Positions 44,701-56,400 of a DNA stretch of 64,000 bases are shown here, one piece after another. Origin of the DNA: the human T2T-CHM13v2.0 reference genome, Homo sapiens; the NCBI RefSeq assembly GCF_009914755.1, contig NC_060944.1. One strand, written 5' to 3'. The position numbers were made by a program, and so were the translations under genes. How positions within the stretch are numbered: position 1 is the stretch's first letter; every line of letters starts with the position of its first letter. The notes under the pieces are model-generated. The model saw only the letters and a list, made by a program, of their open reading frames with translations. It did no database searches and was not told the origin of the DNA.

Positions 44701-47415
44701 GTGAAGTTTTTATGTGAAGATATTTCCTTTTCCACCATAGGCCTATAAGCGATACAAATATCCACTTGCAGATTCTACAAAAAGAGTGTTTCAAAACTGC
44801 TCAATCAAAAGAAAGGTTCAACTCTATAAGACAAATGCACAGAAAACAAAGAAGTTTGTGACAATGCTTCTGTGTAGTTTTTATGTGAAGTTATTTCCTT
44901 TTCCACCATAGTCCTCAAAGCGCTCCAAATATCCCCTTGCAGATTCTACAAAAAAAGTGTTTCAAAACTGCGTAATCAAAAGAAGGGTTCAACTCTGTGA
45001 GATGAATGCACACATCAAAAAGCAGCTTCCCAAAATCCTTCTGTGTAGCTTTTTTTTAACTCTCAATAACATTATGTTTTCTTAAATTTTCCATCATTTG
45101 TATATTTCTTTTCATTTATTTATTTATTTATTTATTTTTTATTATTATACTTTAAGTTTTAGGGTACATGTGCAAATTGTGCAGGTTAGTTACATATGTA
45201 TACATGTGCCATGCTGGTGCGCTGCACCCACTAACTCGTCATCTAGCATTAGGTATATCTCCCAATGCTATCCTTTCTGTGTAGTTTTTATATGAAGACA
45301 TTTCCTTGTCAATCATAAGCTGCAAAGCCCTCCAAATATCCACCTGCAGATTCTGCAAATAGAAAGTTTCTAATCTTCTCTATCAGAAGATATGTTGAAT
45401 TCTGTGAATTGAATGCACACATCACAAAGAAGTTTCTGAGAATCCTTCTGTGTAGTTTTTATATGAAGATATATCCTTTTCCACCATAGACCTCAAAGTG
45501 TTCCAAATATACACTTGCAGATACTATGAAAAGAGTGTTTCAAAACTGCTCAATCAAAAGAAAGGTTCAACTCTGTGAGATGAATGCACAGATCACAAAG
45601 AAGTTTCTCAGAATGCTTCTGTGTAGTTTTTATGTGAAAATATTTCCTTTTCCACAGTAGGTCTCAAAGGGCTCCATATATCCACTTGCAGATTCTACAA
45701 AAAGATTGTTTCCAAACTGCTCAATAAAAACAGAGGTTCAACACTCTGCGATGAATGCCCACATCACAAAGAAGTTTCTCAGAATGCTTCTATGTAGTTT
45801 TTATGTGAAGATATTTCCTTTTCCACAATAGGCCTCAAAGCACTCCATATATCCACTTGCAGATACTACAAAAAGTGTGTTTCAAACTTCTCAATCAAAA
45901 GAGAGTTTCAAAACTGTGAGGTGAATGCACACAACACAAAGCAGTTTCTCAGAATGCTTTTGTGTAGTTTTTATGTGAAGATATTTCCTTTTCCAACATA
46001 AGACTCAAAGCTTTCCAAATATCCACTTGCAGATTCTACAAAAGGAGTTTCAAAACTTCTCTATCAAAAGATAGGTTCAACTCTGTGAGTTGAATGCACA
46101 CATCACAAAGAAGTTTCTCAGAATGCTGCTCTGTAGTTTTTATGGGAAGATATTTCCTTTTCCATAGTAGGCCTCCAAAGGCACAAAATATCCACCGGCA
46201 GATTATACTAAAAGAGTGTTTCCAAACTGCTCAATCAAAAGAAAGTTTCAAATCTGTGAGGTGAATGCAAACATTACAAAGAAGTTTCTGAGAATGCTTC
46301 TGTGTAGTATTTATGTGAAGATATTTCCTTTTCAACAATAGGCCAGAAAGCTCTCAAAATATCCACTCGCAGATTCTACAAAAAGAGGTTTTCAAAACTG
46401 CTCAATCAAATGAAAGATTCAACTCTGAGAGATGAATGCACACATCACAAACAAGTTTCACCGAGTGCTTCTGTGTAGTTTTTAGGGGAAGATATTTCCT
46501 TTTCCACCATCAGCCACAAAGGGCTCCAAATATACACTTGCAGATTCTACAAAAAGAGAGTTTCCAAATTGCTCTATCAAAAGATATGTTCAACTCTGTA
46601 AGTTGTATGCACACATCACAAAGAAGTTTCTCAGAATGCTTCTGTGTAGTTTTTATGTGAAGATATTTCCTTTTACAACATAGTACTGAAAGCGCTCCAG
46701 TTATCCACTTGCAGATTCTAAAAAAAGAGTGTTTCAAAACTGCTCAATCAAAAGAAATGTTCAACTCTGTGAGATGAATGCACACATCTCAAAGAAGTTT
46801 CTCAGAATGCTTCTGTGTAGTTTTTATATGAAGATATTTCATTTTCCACAATAGGTCTCAAATCACTGTATATATCCACTTGCAGATTCTACAAAATGAA
46901 TGTTTCCAAACTGCTCTATCAAAAGAGAGCTTCAACTCTGTGAGATGAATGCACAGATGACAAAGAAATTTCTCAGAATGATTCAGTGTAGTTTTTATGT
47001 GAATATATTTCCTTTTCCACCACAGGTCGCAAAGGGCTCCAAATATGCACTTGCAGATTCTACAAAAAGAGAGTATCAAAACTGCTCTATCAAAAGATAG
47101 GTTCAACCTTTTGAGTTGAATGCACACATCACCAAGAAGTTTCTCAGAATGCTTCTGTGTAGTTTTTATGAGAAGATATTCAATTTTCCACAATGGGCCG
47201 CAAGGGGCTCCAAATATCCACTTGCAGATTCTACAAAATGAGTGTTTCAAAACTGCTCAATCAAAAGAAATGTTCAACCCCGTGAGATGAATGCACACAT
47301 CACAAAGGAGTTTCTCAGAATGCTTCTGTATACGTTTTAGGGGAGGATATTTTCTTTTCCACCATAGGCCGCAAAGGTCTCCAAATATCCACTTGTAGAT
47401 GCTATAAAAAGAGAG
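41795..47415 (-). repeat. Monomeric/divergent alpha satellite (A-type, AAACTACACAGAAG variant, SF4-like), reverse orientation
   Basis: Repeats of gtttctcagaatgcttctgtgtagtttttatgtgaagatatttccttttccac; no CENP-B boxes seen. Interrupted by a short L1 at ~45054-45274. Confidence 0.92.
45054..45274 (-). mobile_element. Short 5'-truncated L1 (L1PA2-like, ~135 bp of 3' end) with (TAAA)n tail, ~55-bp probable 3' transduction, second short poly(A) and a ~15-bp TSD
   Basis: L1 3' end at 45141-45273; (ATTT)n at 45114-45140; non-L1, non-alpha sequence at 45058-45113. TSD ttctgtgtag(c/t)tttt at 45039-45053 and 45275-45289. Confidence 0.85.
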
Positions 47416-50400
47416 TCCTAATGTGGAAAAGGACATATCTTCACATAAAAATCACACAGAAGCATTCTGAGAAACTTCTTTGTGATGTGTGCATTCATCT
47501 CACAGAGCTGAACCTTTCCTTTGAGCAGTTTTGAATCTCTCTTTTTGTAGAATCAGCAGATGGATATTTAGAGGGCTTGGAGGCCTATGGTGGAAAAGGA
47601 AATATCTTCACATAAAAACTACACAGAAGCGTTCTGAGGAACTTCTTTGTGATGTGTGCATTCAACTCGCAGAGTTGAACCTATCTTTTGATAGATCAGT
47701 TTTTAAACTCTCTTTTTGTGGAATCTACAAGTAGTTATTTGGAGCCCCTTGTGGCCGATGGTGGAAAAGGAAATATCTTCACATAAAAACTACACAGAAG
47801 CATTCTGATAAACTTCTTTGTGATGTGTGCATTCATCTGAAAATATTAAATCTTTCTTTTGATTTAGCAGTTTTGAAACACTCTTTTCGTAGTATCTGCA
47901 AGTGGATATTTGTAGGGCATTTTGGCCAATGGTGGTAAAGGAAATATCTTCACATAAAAACTACACAGAAGTATTCTGATGAACTTCCTTTTGATGGGTG
48001 CATTCAATTCACAGAGTTGAATCTATCTTTTGTTAGACGAGTTTTGAAACTCTCTTTTTTTGGAATCTTCAAGTGTATATTTTCAGCCCTTTGTGCCCTA
48101 TGGTGGAAAAGGAAATATCTTCTCATAAAAACTACACAGAAGCATTCTGAGAAACTTCTTTGTCATGTGTGCATTCATCTCACAGAGTTGAACATTTCAT
48201 TTGATTGAGGAGTTTTGAAACACTCCTTTTGTGGAATCTGCAAGTGGATATTTGCAGGGCTTTGAGGCCTACTGTGGAAAAGGAAATATCTTCCCATAAA
48301 AATTAACAGAAAAATTCTCAGAAACTTCTTTTTGAAGTGTGAATTAACCTCACAGAGTTGAACCTTTCTTTTGATTGAGCAGTTTTGAAACACACTTTTT
48401 GTAGAATCTGCAAGAGTATATTTCGAGCGCTTTGAGGCCTATGGTGGAAAAGGTAACATCTTCACATAAAAACTACACAGAAGCATTCTGAGAAACCTCT
48501 TTGTATTGTGTGCATTCATCCCACAAAGCTGAACCTATCTTTTGTTAGAGCAGTTTTGAAACTCTCTTTTTGTAGAATCTGCAAGTGGATATTTGGAGCC
48601 CTTTGTGGCCTATGGTGGATAATTAAATATCTTCACACAAAAACCACAAAGATGCATTCTGAGAAACTTCGTTGTGATGTGTGAATTCATCTCACAGTGA
48701 TGAAACTTTCTGTTTATTGAGTAGTTTTGAAACTCTCTTTTCATAGTATCTGCAAGTGGATACTTGGAGGGCTTTGTTGTCCATGGAGGAAAAGGAAATA
48801 TCTTAACATAAAAACTACAGAGAAGCATTCTGAGCAACTTGTTTGTGATGTGTGCATTCAACTCACAGAGTTGAACATGTCTTTTGATAGAGCAGTTTTT
48901 AAACTCTCTTTTTGTAAAATGTGCAAGTGGATATTTGGAGGCCTTTGTGGCCTATGGTGGAATAGCAAGTAACTTCACATAAAAACCACACAGCAGCGTT
49001 CTGAGAAACTTCTTTGTGATGTGTGCATTCATATCACAGAGTTGAACCATTCATTTCATTGAACAGTTTGGAAAGACTCTTTTTGTAGTATCTGTAAGGT
49101 GATAATTGGAGAGCTTTGGGTCCTACGGTGGTAAAGAAAATATCTTCAAATAAAAACTACACAGAAGAATTCTGAGAAACTTCTTTGTGATGTGTTCATT
49201 CATCTTACAGAGTTGAAACTATCTTTTGATAGAGCAGTTTTGAAACTCTTTTTTTGTAGAATCTGTAAGTGGATATTTGGAGCCACATGCAGCCTATGCT
49301 GAAAAAAAGATCTTCACATAAATACTACACAGAAGCATTCTGAGAAACTGTGATGTGTGCATTCAACTCACAGAGTTGAAACAATCTTTTGATAGAGCAG
49401 TTTTCAAACTCTCTTTTTGTAGAATCTGCAAGTGTATATTTGGAGATCTATGCAGCCTTTGGTGAAAAAAAAATATCTTCACATAAATACTACACAGAAG
49501 CATTCTGAGGAACTTCTTTGTGATGTGTGCATTCAACTCACAGAGTTGAATCTCTCTTTTCATAGAGCAGTTTTGAAACTCTCTTTTTGTAGAATCTACA
49601 AGTGGATATTTGGACACCTTTGTGGCCTATGGTGGAAAAGAAAATATCCTCACATAAGAACTACACAGAAGCATTCTGAGAAACTCCTTTGTGATGTGTG
49701 CATTCATCTCATGGAGTCGAACATTTCTTTTCATTGAGCATTTTTGAAACACACTTTTCGTAGAATCTGCAAGTGGATATTTGGAGCGCTTTGAGGCCTG
49801 TAGTAGAAAAGGAAATATCTTCACATAAAAACTACACAGAAGCATTCTGAGAAACTTCTGACTGATGTTTGCATTCAACTCGTGGAGTTGAACCTATCTT
49901 TTGATAGAGAAGTTTTGAAACTACCTTTTTGTAGAATCTGCAAGTGGTTATTTTGAACCCTTTGTGGCCGATGGTGGAAAAGGAAATACCTTCCCATAAA
50001 AACTACATAGAAATATTCTGAGAATCTTCTTTGTGATTTCTGCATTCACGTCACAGAGTTGAACATTTTATTTGGTTGAGCAGCTTTGAAACACTCTTTT
50101 TGTAGAATCTGTAAGTGGATATTTGCAGCGTTTTGAGGACTATTGTGGAAAGGAAATGTCTTCCATAAAAACTACAGAGAAGTATTCTCAGAAACTTCTT
50201 TGTGATGTGTCCATTCATCTCACAGTGTTGAACCTTTCTTTTGTTTGTGCAGTTTGGAAACACATAAGAATCTGCAAGTGGATATTTTGCGCCCTTGGAG
50301 GCCTATTGTGGAAAAGGAAATATCTTCACATAAAAACTACACAGAAGCATTCTGAGAAACTTCTTTGTGATGTGTGCATTCATCTCACAGCATTGAACTG

Positions 50401-53400
50401 TTCATTTGATTGAGCAGTTTGGAAACACTCTTTTTGTAGAATCTGCAAGTGGATATTTGGAACCCTTTGCGGCCAATGGTGGAAATGGAAATATCTTCAC
50501 ATAAAAACTACACAGAAGCATTCTGAGAAATTACTTTGTGATGTGTGCCTTCATCTCACAGAGCAGAACCTTTCTTTTGAGTGAGTAGTTTTGAAACGCT
50601 CTTTTTGTAGAATCTGCAAGTGAATATTTGGAGTGCTTTGAGGCCTATGGTGGAAAAGGAAATATCTAAACATAAAACCTACACAGAAGCATTCTGAGAA
50701 ACTTCTTTGTGGATGTGTGTATTCACCTCACAGAGCTGAAACTTTCTTTTGATTGAGGAGTTTTGAAACACTCTTTTTGTGGAATCTGCAAGTGGATATT
50801 TGGAGCGCTTTGAAGCCTAAAGAGGAAAAGGAAATATCTTCACATGAAAAGCACACAGAAGCATTTTGGGAAACTTCATTGTTATGTGTGCATTTATCTC
50901 ACAGAGTTCAACCTATCTTTTGATAGAGCAGTTTAGAAACTTTCTTTTTGTAGAATCTGCAATTGGATATTTGGAGCCCTTTGTGGCCTATTGTGGAAAA
51001 GAAAATATCTTCACATTAAAAAGTACACAGAAGCATTCTGAGAAACTTCTTTGTGATGTGTGCATTTAACTCGCAGAGCTGAACCTATCTTTTGATAGAG
51101 CAGTATTGAAACTCTCTTTTTGTAGGATCTGCACGTGGATATTTCGAGTCCTTTGCGGCCTATGGTGGAAAAGGAAATATCTAAACATAAAAACTACACA
51201 GAAGCATTCTGAGAAACATCTTCGTGAAGTGTGTATTCATTTAACAGAGTTTAAACTTTCTTTTGATTGAGGAGTTTTGAAACACTCTTTTCATAGAATC
51301 TGCAAGTGGATATTTGGACCACTTTGAGGCCTTTGGTGGAAAAGGAAATATCTTCACATAAAAACTGCACAGAAACAATCTGATAAACTTATTTGTGATG
51401 TGTGAATTGACCTCACAGAGTTGACCCTTTCTTTTGATTGAGCAGTTTTGAAACACTCTTTTTGTAGAATCTGCAAGTGGATATTTTGAGCGCTTAGAGG
51501 CCTACGGTGGAAAAGGTAGTATCTTCACATAAAAACTGCACAGAAGCATCCTGAGAAACTTTTTTGTAATGTGTGCATTCATCTTATAGAGTTGAACTTA
51601 TCTTTTGATAGAGTAGTTTTGAAACTCTCTTTTTGAAGAATCTGCAAGTGGATATTTGCAGTCCTTTTTGGCTTTTGGTGGAAAAGGAAATATCTTAACA
51701 TAAAAACTACACAGAAGCATTCTGAGCAAGTTCTTTGTGATGTGTGCATCCAACTCTCAGAGTTGAACCTATGTTTTGATAGAGCAGTTTTGAAACTCTC
51801 TTTTTATACAATCTGCATGTGGTTATTTGGAGCCCTTTGTGGCCAATGGTGAAAAAGGAAACATTTTCACATAAAAACTACACAGAAGCATTCTGAGAAA
51901 CTTCTTTGTGATGTGTACATTCATCTCACAGAGTTGAAACTTTCATATGATAGAGCAGCTTTGAAATACTCTTTTTGTACTATCTGCAATTGGATATTTG
52001 GAGCGCTTTGCATCATTTTGTGGAAAAGTAAAAATATTCACATAAAAACTACACAGAAGCATTCTGTGAAATGTGTTTGTGATGTGTGCATTCATTTCAC
52101 AGAGTTGAACTTAACTTTTTTTAGAGAAGTTTTGAAACTCTCTTTTTGTAGAATCTGCAAGTGTATTTTTGGAGCCTTTTGCAGCTTGTGTTGGAAAAGG
52201 AAATATCTTCAGATAAAAATTACACAAAAGCATTCTGAGAAACTTCTTTGTGATGTGGGCATTCATCTCACAGATTTGAACTTTTCTTTTGATTGAGCAG
52301 TTTTGAAATATTCTTTTTGTAGAATCTGCAAGTGGATATTTGGAGCTATTTGCGGCCTATTTTGGAAAAGGAAATATCTTCAGATAAAAACTACACAGAA
52401 GCATTCTGAGAAACTTCTATGTGATGTGTGCATCCATCTCACAGACTTGAAACTTTCTTTTGATTGAGCAGTTTTGAAACACTCATTTGGTAGAATCTGC
52501 AAGTTGATATTTGGATTCCCTTGTGGCCCATTGTGGAAAAGGAAATATCTTCTCATAAAAACCACACAGAAGCATTCTGAGAAACTTCTTTGTGATGTGT
52601 GCATTCAACTCAAAAGTTGAACCTATCTTTTGATAGAGCAGTTTTGATACTTTCTTTTTGTAGAATCTGCAAGTGCATATTTGGAGCCCTTTGAGACCTA
52701 TGGTGGAAAAGGAAATATCTTCACATAAAAACTACACTGAATCATTCTGAGAAACGTCTTTGTCATCTGTGCATTCATCTCACAGAGTTGAACCTCTCTT
52801 TTGATAGAGCAGTTTGGAAAAACTGATTTTGTAGAATCTGCAAGTGGATATATGGAGTGATGTGAGGCCTATTTTGGAAAATGAAATATCTTCATATAAA
52901 AACTACACAGAGTGTGTGCATTCATCTCACAGAGTTGAACATTTCATTAGATTGAGCAGTTTTGAAACTCTCTTTTTGTAGAATCCGCAAGTGGATATTT
53001 GCAACGCTTTGAGGCCTAGAGTGGAAAAGGAAATATCTTCCCATAAAAACTACACAGAATCATTCTCAGAAACTTCTTTGTGATGTGAGCATTCATCTGC
53101 CAGATTTGAACCTTTCTTTTGATAGAGCAGTTTGGAAACACTCTTTTAGTAGAATCTGCAAGTGGATATTTGTAACCCTTGGAGGCCTATTGCGGAAAAG
53201 GAAATATCTTCACATAAAAAAAATGCAGAAGCATTCTGAGAAACTTCTTTGTAATGTGTGCCTTCAACTCACAGAGTTGAACCTTTCTTTTGATTGAGCA
53301 GTTTTGAAACACCCTTTTTGTAGAATCTGCAAGTGGATATTTGGAGCGCTTAGAGGCCTATGGTAGAAAAGGAAATATCTTCACATAAAAGCTACACAGA

Positions 53401-56400
53401 AGCATTCTGTGAAATGTGTTTGTGATGTGTGCATTCATTTCACAGAGTTGAACCTATCTTTTGTTAGAGAAGTTTTGAAACTCTCTTTTTGTAGAATCTG
53501 CAAATGTATTTTTGGAGCCTTTTGCAGCTTATGTTGGAAAAGGGAATATCTTCAGATAAAAATTACAAAAAAGCATTCTGAGAAACTTCTTTGTGATGTG
53601 GGCATTTATCTCACAGATTTGAACTTTTCTTTTGATTGAGCAGTTTTGAAACATTCTTTTTGTAGAATCTGCAAATTCTACAGTAGATTTGTAGAATCTG
53701 CAAGTAGAGCAGTTTTGAAACTCTCCTTTTGTAGAATATGCTTGTGCTTATTTGGAGGCCTTTGTGGCCGATGGTGGAAAAGGAAATCTCTTTCCCGAAA
53801 AACTACACAAAAGCATTCTGAGGAAGTTATTTGTCATGTGTGCGTTCATTTCGCAGAGTGGAACCTTTCTTCTGATTGAACAGTTTTGAAAGACTCTTTC
53901 TGCAGAATCTGCATGTGGATATTCGGAGGGCTTTGAGGTCTATTGTGGAAAAGGAAATATATTCACTTAAAAACTACACAGAAGCATTCTCAGACACTCC
54001 TTTGTTTTGTGTACATTCATCTCACAGAGTTGAAACTTTCTTTAGATTGGGCAATTTTAATACCCTCTTTTTGTAGAATCTCCAAGTGGATATTTGGAGC
54101 CCATTGTGGCCTACGGTGGAAAAGGAAACATCTTAACATAAAAACTACACAGAAGCATTCTGAGAAACTTCATTGTGATGTGTACATTCATCTCACAGTG
54201 TTGAAACTATCTTTTGATTGGGCAGTTTTAAATCTCTCTTTTTGTAGAATCTGCAAGTGGATATTTGGAGCCCTTTCTGGCCTATTTTGGAAAAGGAAAT
54301 AAGTTCACATAAAAACTACACAGAAGCATTCTGAGAGACAACTTAATGATATCTGCATTCATCTCACAGGGTTTAAACTTTCATTTGATTGAGAAGTTTT
54401 GAAACACTCTTTTTGTAGAATCTGCAATTGGATATTTGTAGTGCTTTGATGCTTATGGTGGAAAAGGAAAGATCTTCACATAGAAACTACACAGAAGCAT
54501 TCTGAGAAACTTCTTTTTTATTTGTGAATTCAACACACAGAGTTGAACCTTTCTTTTGATTGAGCAGTTTTGAAACACTCTTTTTGTAGAATCTGCAAGT
54601 TGATATTTGGAGCGCTTTGAGGCCTATGGTGGAAATGGAAATATCTTCATATAAAAACTACACAGAAGCATTCTGAGAAACTTCTTTGTGATGTGTGCAT
54701 TCAACTCACAGACTTGAACCTATCTTTTGAGAGAGTAGTTCTGAAACTCTCTTTTTGTAGAATATGCAAGTGGATATTTGGAGCCCTCTCCTGCCTAAGG
54801 TGGAAATGGAAATATCTTCACATAAAAACTACACAGAAGCATTCTGAGAAATTTCTTTGTGATGTGTGCATTCATCTGACAGAGTTGAGCCCTTCATTTG
54901 ATTGAGCAGTTTTGAAACCCTGTTTTTTGTAGAATCTGCAAGTGGATATTTGGAGTGGTTTGCGGCCAATGGTGGAAAAGGAAATATCTTCACATAAAAA
55001 CTATACAGAAGCATTCTGAGAAACTTCTTTGTGGTCTGTGCATTCAAATCACAGAGTTGAACCTTTCTTTTGATAGAGCAGTTTGGAAACACTCTTTTTG
55101 TAGAATCAGCCAGTGGATATTTGGAGTCCATTGAACCCTATGGTGGAAAAGGAAATACCTTCAATAAAAAATACATAGAAGCATTCAGAGAAACTACTTT
55201 GTGATGAGTGCATTCATCACACAGAGGTGAAACATTTTTTGGATGGAGCAGTTTTGAAAAACTCTTTTCGTAGCATCTGGAAGTGGATATTTGGAGGGCT
55301 TTGAGGCCTATTTTGGAGAAGGAGATATCTTCACATAAATACTACACAGAAGCATTCTGAGAAACTTCCTTGTGAGGTGTGCATTTTACTCACAGAATTT
55401 AACCTATCTTGATTGAGCAGTTTAGGATCTCTCTTTTTGTAGAATCTGCAAGTGGATATTTGGAGCCCTTTGCGCCCTATGGTGGAAAAGGAAATATCTT
55501 CAAACCAAAACTACGCAGAAGCATTCAGAGAAACTTCTTTGTGACGAGTGCATTCATCCCAGAGAGTTGAAACTTTGTTTGGATTGAGCAGTTTTGAAAC
55601 ACTCTTCATAGAATCTGGAAGTGGATATTTGGAGGGCTTTGAGGCCCATTTTGGAGAAGGAGATATCTTCACATAAAAACTAGGCAGAAGCATTCTGAGA
55701 AACTTCATTGGGAGGTGTGCATTCAACTCACAGAGTTGAACTTATCTTTTGATTGAGCAGTTTTGAATCTCTCTTTTTGCAGAATCTGCAAGTGAATATT
55801 TGGAGTGCTTTGAGGCCTAGTGTGGAAAATCAAATATCTTCACATAAAAACTACACAGAAGCATTCTGAGAAACTTCTTTGTGATGTGTGCATGAAACTC
55901 ACAGAGTTGAACCTATCTTTTGCTTGAGCTGTTTTGAAGCTCTCTTTTTGTAGAATCTGTAAGTGGATATTTAGAGATATTGGTGGCCTATAGTGAAAAA
56001 GGAAATATCTTCAAATAAAAACTACACAGAAGCATTCTGAGAAGCTCCTTTGTGATGCGTGCCTTCATCCCACAGGGTTGAACCTATCTTATGATTGAGC
56101 TGTTTTGAAACACTCTTTTTCTAGAGTCTACAAGTGGATATTTGGAGTGTTTTCAGGTGTACTGTGGAAAAGCAAATATCTTCACCTAAAAACTACAGAG
56201 AAGCATTCTGAGAAACATCTTTGTGATGTGTGCATTCATCTCACAGAGTTGAACTTTTCTTTTGATTGAGCAGTTTTCAAAACCTCTTTTTGTAGAATCT
56301 GCAAGTTGATATTTGGAGCCTTGTGAAGCTCATTGTGGAAAAGGAAATATCTTCAAATAAAAACTACACAGAAGCATTCTGAGAAACTTCTTTGTGATGT

